Source: Candidatus Omnitrophota bacterium (GTDB taxonomy: Bacteria; Omnitrophota; Gorgyraeia; Gygaellales; Profunditerraquicolaceae). Taken from it: a stretch of 64,000 bases of DNA. A program made the position numbers and the translations under genes. The stretch's first letter is position 1. Every line of letters begins with the position of its first letter. The notes below the pieces were generated by a model, which was not told the origin of the DNA, ran no database searches, and was given only the letters and a program-made list of their open reading frames with translations. The stretch is from positions 223,002-287,001 of the forward strand of contig JAUSED010000009.1 of assembly GCA_030650425.1 (NCBI GenBank), read 5' to 3'. Of this stretch, positions 53,676 through 61,583 are shown piece after piece.

Positions 53676-54298
53676 AAATTAACAAAATTCTCTAACATTT
53701 TCAAGCCCACGCCCTGGCTTTTTTCAGGGTGAAATTGCACGCCATACAGATTATCCTGCCAGACCACTGAAGCAAAATCAATCCCGTACTCGGTGGTCGC
53801 TGCAACTACATTTTTATTTTCCGGCTCAGGATAATAAGAGTGGCAAAAATAGACAAAAGCGTTATCCGCCATTCCCTTTAATAGAGAACACCTTTCGGTC
53901 TTCAGTCTTCTGTCCTCTGTTCTCTGCTTTATCTGGTTCCATCCCATATGCGGAACCTTTAAGTTGAGATCAGAGAATCTTTTGACATCACCCTTGATTA
54001 TCCCTAATCCCTTACAATTCTTTGCTTCTTCGCTCTTTTCAAATAAAAGCTGCATACCAAGGCAAATTCCTAAGAATGGTTTTTTATTCTTCACTTCCTC
54101 TCTAATCAAGCTAACCAATCCCTGCTTCTCTAATTCCCGCATCGCGTCGCCAAAGGCGCCTACCCCGGGCAAAACTATTTTTTGGCAAGCGGAAATTTCT
54201 TGAGGATTGCTGCTAACTTTAGTTTTAGCGCCGTATAATTCCAGCGCCTTTTTCACGCTATGGATATTACCCATACCATAGTCAATGATCGCGATCAT
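53669..54298 (-). CDS. hisH: IGP synthase glutaminase subunit
   Basis: IIDYGMGN, PGVGAF, LGICLGMQ, PHMGWN, QFHPEKS. Confidence 0.97.
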   Translation of the reverse strand: MIAIIDYGMGNIHSVKKALELYGAKTKVSSNPQEISACQKIVLPGVGAFGDAMRELEKQGLVSLIREEVKNKKPFLGICLGMQLLFEKSEEAKNCKGLGIIKGDVKRFSDLNLKVPHMGWNQIKQRTEDRRLKTERCSLLKGMADNAFVYFCHSYYPEPENKNVVAATTEYGIDFASVVWQDNLYGVQFHPEKSQGVGLKMLENFVNLC

Positions 54299-54901
54299 TT
54301 AGTCTATCACACCCTTAGTAGAAGGAATTCCCTTTCTGCGAGGGTCGATTTGAGTAGCTATATCCAAGGCTTTACCGAAAGCTTTAAATACAGGTTCTAA
54401 AGTAGCATGTAAATCTGGATTAGGATTATCGATTTTTATATTTAAATTCATCCCTAACTGCTTGGCAAAAGCTTCGAAAAAATGCTCCGCGTATTTTAAA
54501 TCATAAACATCAGGATTATTCATAGCAGGAAGCGTCTGGCCAAAAGTCAATTTAAACGACCCTCTGCCGCTGATATCAACGGCAACATGCGCAGTCACAT
54601 CTTCCATAGGGACAGACATAGAACCGAGACGGTTAATACCGGCTTTGTCTCCAAGCGCATCCTTAAAAACCTGCCCCAATACAATACCTAAGTCCTCATT
54701 AGTATGGTGTATATCTACTTTTAAATCAGCTTCAACAGTAGTGACCTCTAAATCAAAATGTCCCCAGAACGCGAATAATTCCAGCATGTGATCCAAAAAA
54801 CCTATACCTGAATTAATTTTTGACTCTCCGGAACCGTCAATATTCAACTTAACCGTTATATTGGTCTCTTTACTCTTTCGGGTTTTACTCGCCTCTCTCA
54901 T
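54299..54901 (-). CDS. hisB: Imidazoleglycerol-phosphate dehydratase (divergent second metal motif)
   Basis: KET.I, GIGFLDHML, DIHHTNED, DISGR, PSTKG. Confidence 0.9.
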   Translation of the reverse strand: MREASKTRKSKETNITVKLNIDGSGESKINSGIGFLDHMLELFAFWGHFDLEVTTVEADLKVDIHHTNEDLGIVLGQVFKDALGDKAGINRLGSMSVPMEDVTAHVAVDISGRGSFKLTFGQTLPAMNNPDVYDLKYAEHFFEAFAKQLGMNLNIKIDNPNPDLHATLEPVFKAFGKALDIATQIDPRRKGIPSTKGVID

Positions 54902-54910
54902 CTTTCTCCT

Positions 54911-56137
54911 TTATTCAAATCTCGCCTTTACCGAATCCAAATGCTTATTCAGGCCTTCGATGCCGGCTATTTTCTCCAAAGGTTCGCGCATCTTCTCCAA
55001 GGCTTTCTTGGAATAACTGATGATGTGATTACTCTTCATAAAATCGCTGACCGATAACCCTGAGAAAAATCTGGCGCTCCCTCCTGTAGGTAAGACATGG
55101 CTTGGCCCGGCAACATAATCTCCCACCGCAGTAGGGCTATATGGGCCTAAGAATATTGCTCCGGCATTTTTGATCCCTTTAAGCAAGCGGCGCGGATTTT
55201 GTACTAAAATCTCAAGGTGCTCAGGCGCGATTTTATTGCTGACATCCACTGCCTGCTCTAAATTTTTAGTTAGAATAATAAAACCATCTTGGCCATCAGC
55301 TTGAGATTTTACCTGTTGGGCCAACGCCTTGGAATTAGTAATCAGTATAGCCAAGCCTTTAGCATGTTCTCTCTGGGCAGCCAAATCCGCCAGAATAAAT
55401 TTCGGGTCGCTAAAACGGTTGGCGATAATCACCAGCTCTGTAGGCCCGGCAATCATATCAATATCTACCTGGCCAAAAACCTGCCTCTTGGCTTCGCTCA
55501 CATAAATATTCCCCGGCCCGACAATTTTATCCACGGCAGGAATGGTCTTGGTGCCGTAAGCTAGGGCGGCAATACCTTGAGCGCCTCCCACACGATAAAT
55601 TTCATTTACTTTCAATAAATCCGCCATGACTAATATGTGCGGATTGATCAAGCCATTTTTATTGGGCGGGCTGATCAAAGCTATCTCTTTAACTCCGGCC
55701 ATCTTTGCCGGAAGAACAGTCATATAGACCGTGGAGACAAGCGGCGCGGTGCCCGCGGGGATATATACGCCTACGCGTCCCAAGGGAGTATAGTTTTCTC
55801 CCAAGACCACCCCATCATTATCCTTAATCCTCCAAGACTTCTTGATCGTCTTACGGTAAAAACGATTGACATTTTCGATGACCGTCTTAAGGCTGGCAAC
55901 AAAATTAGGGCTGATATTCTGGTAGGCGCCGCTGATTTCGATTTCCGCGACCTTCAACTGCCGCGGCATCAATTTAACCGCGTCAAACTTCTTGGTATAT
56001 TTTATCAAGGCGTCATCGCCAAAGACACGCACATCTTCGATAATCTTTTTCACCTTTTCTTCAACCCGCGGCTTCCTGAATGCGCCGCGATTATAAATCT
56101 TTACCAATTGTTTGCTGCCAAAACGAATTATCTTCAT
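54911..56137 (-). CDS. hisD: Histidinol dehydrogenase
   Basis: VGGAQ, GPGNIYV, DMIAGPTE, QREH, APEHL, GDYVAGPSHVLPT. Confidence 0.95.
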   Translation of the reverse strand: MKIIRFGSKQLVKIYNRGAFRKPRVEEKVKKIIEDVRVFGDDALIKYTKKFDAVKLMPRQLKVAEIEISGAYQNISPNFVASLKTVIENVNRFYRKTIKKSWRIKDNDGVVLGENYTPLGRVGVYIPAGTAPLVSTVYMTVLPAKMAGVKEIALISPPNKNGLINPHILVMADLLKVNEIYRVGGAQGIAALAYGTKTIPAVDKIVGPGNIYVSEAKRQVFGQVDIDMIAGPTELVIIANRFSDPKFILADLAAQREHAKGLAILITNSKALAQQVKSQADGQDGFIILTKNLEQAVDVSNKIAPEHLEILVQNPRRLLKGIKNAGAIFLGPYSPTAVGDYVAGPSHVLPTGGSARFFSGLSVSDFMKSNHIISYSKKALEKMREPLEKIAGIEGLNKHLDSVKARFE

Positions 56138-58764
56138 ATACTGATTACCTTTCTTAATTCATCAAAGGCTTGCGCTAAATTTTCCGGCTTGCTTCCTCCT
56201 GCCTGCGCAAAATCAGCCCGTCCGCCTCCTGAACCGCCGATAATCGGTGCTATCTGACGGATTAATTTACCGGCATCTATTCCCTTATTGCATAAATCCT
56301 CGGTTACTCCCATCACCAATAATACCTTTCCCTCCTTAACCGAAGCCAAAGCAATAATCGCGTTACTAGTCTTGGCTTTAACCAAATCCACATTCTTTCT
56401 CAATAAATCTATATCTAAATTATCTACGGTTTTAGCAATAACCTTTGTATCCTTAATCATTTCCCCCGAAGCGATTAAATCATCCGTCAGATTTTTCATT
56501 GTTTCCAATCTTCGCGAATTTAAAACCTTCTCTAATTCTTTTACCTGTTTAATCTTTTTTTCTATCTCCTGAGACAATGATTCTAAAGGAGCGCTTAACA
56601 ATCCCGAGATTTCGGAAAGGATTTCTTTTTCCTGCTTGATTATCTTATAAGCGAAGGTTCCTGTGGTTGCCTCTATCCTTCTTATACCGCTAGCAACTGA
56701 CCCCTCTTGCAATATTTTTAATAAACCAACCTGGCCGGTTGCCTCAAGATGCGTCCCCGCGCAAAATTCTTTGGAGATATCGCTGATTGAAATCACGCGC
56801 ACCTTTTCTCCGTATTTATCCCCAAAAAATGCTAAAGCCTTGGTTTTCCTGGCTTCTTTTAAAGTCATTTGCTTTGCGCTCACCGCGTAATTATTGATGA
56901 TAAAATTATTCGCTACTTCCTCTACCCGGCCTAACTCTTCCTTACTTAAAGCCTTAAAATGTGTAAAATCAAAGCGGAATTTATCTTCACTAACCAGTGA
57001 TCCCTGCTGCTGAACATGCCTCCCCAAAACTTTTCTTAAAGCTGCCTGCAAAATATGCGTACCGGTATGATTCCGGGCAATCGACATTCTCCGTTCAAGA
57101 TTAACTTCTGCTTTAACTAAATCTGTTTTTTTAAAATTTCCGGCTTTTACTCTGCCGATATGCGCAATCACTTTATCGATCTTCCGCGTATCTAAAACTT
57201 CAAAAATATTCTTGCCCTTGATAATTACTCCGACATCTCCCACCTGCCCGCCACCCTCAGCATAAAAGGGGGTTTGATCCAAGATGATTTGAATCGCATC
57301 ACCCTGCGCAGCCTTCTTAACCTCACTATTATCTTTTAAGATCGCAAGGATCTTGGCTTTGGCGGAATAATCTTTGTAACCAACAAATTTGGTCTCTTTT
57401 AGCTTTAATTCCAAACCTTTTGTATTAAAAACATCACCCTTCATAGAACTCTGAAGTTTGGAACGCGTTTTCTGCGCTAACATTTCCTTATTAAAAACAT
57501 CAATAGAGATTTTGATTCCGGATTTCGAAGCCCAATCCTGAGTTAACTCAAAAGGAATACCATATGTGTCATAAAGCTCAAAAGCAGTTTTACCTAATTC
57601 TACCTGTACGGATTCAGCTTTACCCGCTGAATGATTATACGAAGCAAATACCGTCTTAATGATTTTAGGGGCATCATTTAATGTAGAAATAAATTTCTTT
57701 TCTTCAGACAAAATAATTTGCGCAATATTCTCCTGTTTTTCAATAAGCTCGGGGTAAGGAACCCGCATAACCTGCGCGACTAAAGGGACTAATTTATTCA
57801 ATAACGGTTCTTTAATCCCCAAGGAGCACAGATGTAAGACACTTTTACGGATGATTTTCCTGACTACATAGCCCCGCGATTCATTCGAAGGCAATACCCC
57901 GTCATAGATACAAAAGATTACCGCCCGGAGATGATCCGCGATCGCGTAAACAAACTCATTTTCTGAGGTTGATTTAACGGTGATATGCTTTTTAATTTCT
58001 CTTACGATCGGTTCAAAAAGATCGGTTTCAAAATTACTCTGTTTACCCTCCATTACCGAAGCTAATCTCTCTAAACCCATTCCCGTATCTATATTTTTCT
58101 TGGGAAGAGGCTCTAATGACCCATCGTCTTTACGGTTAAACTGGGTAAAGACCAGATTCCATATTTCAACAAACCTTCCGCAATCACAGGCAGGAGTGCA
58201 ATCTGCTTTTTGACATCCGATATTGCTTCCGAAATCATAGAATATCTCGGAGCATGGCCCGCAAGGCCCATTCGGGCCTTTGGTTTTTGCTTCAGCCGGC
58301 CAGAAATTATCTTTATCGCCAAGCTTAATGATTCTCTTAACCGGTATACCTATCTTCTCTTTCCAAATCTGGTAAGCCTCAGCATCATCCTTATAAACCG
58401 AAACCCAAAGTCTATCCTCACTGATTTTTAGTTCTTTAATTAAGAATTCCCAAGCCCAGCTAATCGCCTCATCCTTGAAATAATCGCCAAAGGAAAAATT
58501 ACCGAGCATCTCAAAAAACGTATGATGGCTGCTGGTTTTACCGACCTTCTCCAAATCATCGGTACGCAGGCATCGTTGCGACGTGGCCGCCCGCTTGAAA
58601 CCTGCATCAAATCCTAGAAACTCTTTTTTAAACTGATTCATTCCCGCGGGCGTAAAGAGGACAGTAAGGTCATCCTGAGGCACCAGTGAATCGCTAGTTA
58701 CGATTTTATGTTTTTTGGATTTGAAGAACCCGAGGAATTTTTCTCTTAAGGAATCTACCTGCAT
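56134..58764 (-). CDS. alaS: Alanine--tRNA ligase (start corrected to MQVDSLRE)
   Basis: AGMNQFK, HHTFFEMLGNFSFGDYFK, IDTGMGLER, editing NHTGTH and FCAGTH, GGGR..FAQAGG. Confidence 0.97.
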   Translation of the reverse strand: MQVDSLREKFLGFFKSKKHKIVTSDSLVPQDDLTVLFTPAGMNQFKKEFLGFDAGFKRAATSQRCLRTDDLEKVGKTSSHHTFFEMLGNFSFGDYFKDEAISWAWEFLIKELKISEDRLWVSVYKDDAEAYQIWKEKIGIPVKRIIKLGDKDNFWPAEAKTKGPNGPCGPCSEIFYDFGSNIGCQKADCTPACDCGRFVEIWNLVFTQFNRKDDGSLEPLPKKNIDTGMGLERLASVMEGKQSNFETDLFEPIVREIKKHITVKSTSENEFVYAIADHLRAVIFCIYDGVLPSNESRGYVVRKIIRKSVLHLCSLGIKEPLLNKLVPLVAQVMRVPYPELIEKQENIAQIILSEEKKFISTLNDAPKIIKTVFASYNHSAGKAESVQVELGKTAFELYDTYGIPFELTQDWASKSGIKISIDVFNKEMLAQKTRSKLQSSMKGDVFNTKGLELKLKETKFVGYKDYSAKAKILAILKDNSEVKKAAQGDAIQIILDQTPFYAEGGGQVGDVGVIIKGKNIFEVLDTRKIDKVIAHIGRVKAGNFKKTDLVKAEVNLERRMSIARNHTGTHILQAALRKVLGRHVQQQGSLVSEDKFRFDFTHFKALSKEELGRVEEVANNFIINNYAVSAKQMTLKEARKTKALAFFGDKYGEKVRVISISDISKEFCAGTHLEATGQVGLLKILQEGSVASGIRRIEATTGTFAYKIIKQEKEILSEISGLLSAPLESLSQEIEKKIKQVKELEKVLNSRRLETMKNLTDDLIASGEMIKDTKVIAKTVDNLDIDLLRKNVDLVKAKTSNAIIALASVKEGKVLLVMGVTEDLCNKGIDAGKLIRQIAPIIGGSGGGRADFAQAGGSKPENLAQAFDELRKVISI

Positions 58765-59222
58765 AGTTGATTTAATACATCCGTCACAATTTCTGGAGAG
58801 AATCCGCGGCGCAGAAGAAACGCGTAAAGGCGCCTTTTGGCGCAATCCGGCTCAACGCCCTTTAATCTATTTAATCTCTCTTTAGCTAAACCTAAAACCG
58901 TCTGGCTTTCAGAATAATCTTTTAGCTTAGCGGCCTCTTGCTCGATTATTTTTTTATCTACGCCTTTTTGCCCCAACTCCTGCTTGATTCTTCTTAACCC
59001 TAAAGGCCTTTTTAAGCGCGAGTCGAGCCAAGCCTTGGCAAAAACATGATCGTCAATAAATTTCTTCTCTTTCAAGAAAGAGATTACTTCCTGAATCGTC
59101 TCTTCGGAAATCTTCTTAAGCCTTAGACGCTGGGCCAGCTCATTTTCGCTGCGCAGCCTGAATTTCAACAAAAGAAACGCGTAATTCCGGGCTCTCTCAA
59201 AAACTTCTGTTCGTCTAACCAA
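58755..59222 (-). CDS. recX: Regulatory protein RecX
   Basis: [36 protein letters not shown]; directly after recA. Confidence 0.9.
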   Translation of the reverse strand: MVRRTEVFERARNYAFLLLKFRLRSENELAQRLRLKKISEETIQEVISFLKEKKFIDDHVFAKAWLDSRLKRPLGLRRIKQELGQKGVDKKIIEQEAAKLKDYSESQTVLGLAKERLNRLKGVEPDCAKRRLYAFLLRRGFSPEIVTDVLNQLCR

Positions 59223-60240
59223 GGCTAAGTTTTTTTCTTACTTCTTTTTCAATATCTTCTTGTAACTTTGGATTCTCTTTTAAGAATTTTATCGCCGCGT
59301 CTCTACCCTGGCCCAACTTCTTCTCCGCAAATGAAAGCCATGTCCCTGACTTAGCGACTACCTCAAGGTTAACTGCCGCGTCAATAACTGCTCCGCTCTT
59401 GGCAATACCCTCATTATGAAGGATATCAAACTCAGCCTCATGAAAAGGAGGGGCAATTTTATTTTTAACTACCCTTACCCTGACATGATTACCAATAACT
59501 TTATCCCCTTCTTTCAAGTAAGCAATTCTACGCACATCTAACCTGACCGATGAATAAAATTTTAGCGCCCGGCCTCCCGGAGTAGTTTCCGGCGAACCGA
59601 ACATCACGCCAATTTTCTCCCGCAGCTGATTAATAAAAATTACAGTAGTGCGCGATTTACTAATCGCGCCGGTCAATTTGCGTAAGGCCTGCGACATCAG
59701 GCGCGCCTGAAGCCCCATATGCGAATCGCCCATCTCGCCTTCAATTTCAGCCCGCGGGGTAAGCGCGGCCACTGAATCAATAACCACTAAATCCACGGCA
59801 TTTGAGCGGACTAAGGTCTCGGCGATCTCTAAAGCCTGTTCTCCGGTATCCGGCTGCGAAATTAATAGATCATCGAGATTTACTCCAATCAACTTGGCAT
59901 AAGTAGAATCAAAGGCGTGCTCAGCGTCAATAAACGCGGCTACCCCGCCTTTTTTCTGGTTCTCTCTTATCGCGGTTAGCGTCAGGGTAGTTTTTCCGGA
60001 TGCCTCTGGCCCGAAAATCTCAACTACTCTTCCCCGGGGAAGCCCTCCAATGCCTAAAGCCACATCCAAAGTAAGCGCGCCGGTAGAGATAGTCTCCACA
60101 TTCGCCTTGGTGTGGCTGCCAAGTTTCATAATCGAACCTTTACCGAATTGCTTCTCAATTTGAGCTAAGGCCAGCTCTAGCGCCTTACTTCGGTCAGAAA
60201 TGTTATGCGCTGTCTCTTCTTTTTTCTCTTTGGTAATCAT
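59215..60240 (-). CDS. recA: Recombinase A
   Basis: [47 protein letters not shown]. Confidence 0.99.
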   Translation of the reverse strand: MITKEKKEETAHNISDRSKALELALAQIEKQFGKGSIMKLGSHTKANVETISTGALTLDVALGIGGLPRGRVVEIFGPEASGKTTLTLTAIRENQKKGGVAAFIDAEHAFDSTYAKLIGVNLDDLLISQPDTGEQALEIAETLVRSNAVDLVVIDSVAALTPRAEIEGEMGDSHMGLQARLMSQALRKLTGAISKSRTTVIFINQLREKIGVMFGSPETTPGGRALKFYSSVRLDVRRIAYLKEGDKVIGNHVRVRVVKNKIAPPFHEAEFDILHNEGIAKSGAVIDAAVNLEVVAKSGTWLSFAEKKLGQGRDAAIKFLKENPKLQEDIEKEVRKKLSLG

Positions 60241-60273
60241 AACTGCCTCCGATTTTAATGTTTTAGATTAAAT

Positions 60274-60302
60274 ATTATATCCCACCCCTTCCCAGCTGTC
60301 AA
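60274..60302 (-). promoter_or_regulatory. Consensus sigma70 promoter of recA
   Basis: TTGACA-GCTGGGAAGGGGTGGGA (17 nt)-TATAAT, 33 nt before the recA start. Confidence 0.8.
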
Positions 60303-60373
60303 ACAAATAATACCCCCCTCCTTTCTAATCTAATAGACGCGGGAGTACATAAAATCTAACGAAAATAACTGGA

Positions 60374-60402
60374 TTGACAGCCAGCTTAAAATATGTTACA
60401 TT
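60374..60402 (+). promoter_or_regulatory. sigma70-type promoter of the diguanylate cyclase gene
   Basis: TTGACA-17-TACATT with an extended TG; divergent from the recA promoter. Confidence 0.6.
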
Positions 60403-60410
60403 TAACCCTT

Positions 60411-61583
60411 ATGGAAGAGCTGGCTAAAATAAAACAGGAACTTGAACGCACTAAGACCGAGCTTGGGATTCTCTATGAAATCTCCAATGCTATGCGCACT
60501 ACCTTAAAGCTGGATGAGATCCTTTACATCATCCTTACCGGGGTAACCGCGCATATCGGCTTAGGCTTTAACCGCGCGCTTTTATTCTTAACCAACGAAA
60601 AAGAAGGCCTGATCGAAGGTAAAATGGGCATTGGCCCCGGCTCAGGGGAAGAGGCTAACCGTATCTGGAGCCAGATTGAAGACGAGAGAATGGATTTAGA
60701 TGATCTGATCAGCGTCTATAAATTCTCAAGCAACCAACCTAACAGCCCCAACTCAAGTTTTAATAAACAAGTGCAAAGAATAAAGGTCTCTCTCCACGAC
60801 AAAAATGAGAACCTGCTTACCTTGGTAGCGCAGGAAGGAATGCCTCTGCATCTGACTAAAGAAACCATGGAAAACTACCGGCATTCCCCGATCGTGCAGT
60901 CATTGAAAAGCGAAGAACTGGTTTTGATTCCTTTAAAAGCTAAGGATAAAATCAACGGAATAATCGTCGCGGATAACTTTATAACCCGCGAGCCGATCAG
61001 TAAAGACGACCTGCATATGCTCACTATGCTTGCTAACCAAGCAGGCTTGGCTATCGAAAATTCGCAGCTTTATGAAAAAACCGTGATGCTCGCCCAGATG
61101 GATTCATTGACCGAGCTCTGGAACCACGGATATTTTCAATTTCTCCTACAGACAGAAACAGAAAAAACAAAAGCCGGCAAAACTCCCTTAAGCCTGATTA
61201 TGCTGGATATCGACCACTTCAAAATTTATAATGATACCCTAGGCCATCAGGCAGGAGATAAAATATTATCTGAACTAGCCAGCCTGCTTAAGGACCAGTC
61301 TCGAAAAATGGATTTTGTCTGCCGTTATGGCGGAGAGGAATTCGCGGTAATCTTGCCCCAAACCGACAAACAGGAAGCGTTTTTGATTGCCGAACGCTTA
61401 AGGATGGATATTGAAAAACATGCCTTCACCCAAGAAGATATATTCCCAACTAAGAAACTTACCGTAAGCCTCGGGATATCCTCATTCCCCGAGGATGGAT
61501 TACTCCCGGCGGAACTTATTTCAGCTTCCGATAAAGCCCTCTACCAAGCCAAAAGTAAAGGAAGAAATAATACCTGCTGTTAA
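60411..61583 (+). CDS. GAF-domain diguanylate cyclase (start 60411 preferred over 60393)
   Basis: GAF domain, DSLTELWN, DIDHFKIYND.LGHQAGD, RKMD I-site, RYGGEEF, ASDKALYQAK..GRN. Confidence 0.92.
   Translation: MEELAKIKQELERTKTELGILYEISNAMRTTLKLDEILYIILTGVTAHIGLGFNRALLFLTNEKEGLIEGKMGIGPGSGEEANRIWSQIEDERMDLDDLISVYKFSSNQPNSPNSSFNKQVQRIKVSLHDKNENLLTLVAQEGMPLHLTKETMENYRHSPIVQSLKSEELVLIPLKAKDKINGIIVADNFITREPISKDDLHMLTMLANQAGLAIENSQLYEKTVMLAQMDSLTELWNHGYFQFLLQTETEKTKAGKTPLSLIMLDIDHFKIYNDTLGHQAGDKILSELASLLKDQSRKMDFVCRYGGEEFAVILPQTDKQEAFLIAERLRMDIEKHAFTQEDIFPTKKLTVSLGISSFPEDGLLPAELISASDKALYQAKSKGRNNTCC

Noticed and set aside
60257-60276. LexA box at the recA promoter (AATGTTT-N6-AAATATT)
   Set aside because: An imperfect AT-rich palindrome that does not match any SOS box I can name with confidence.
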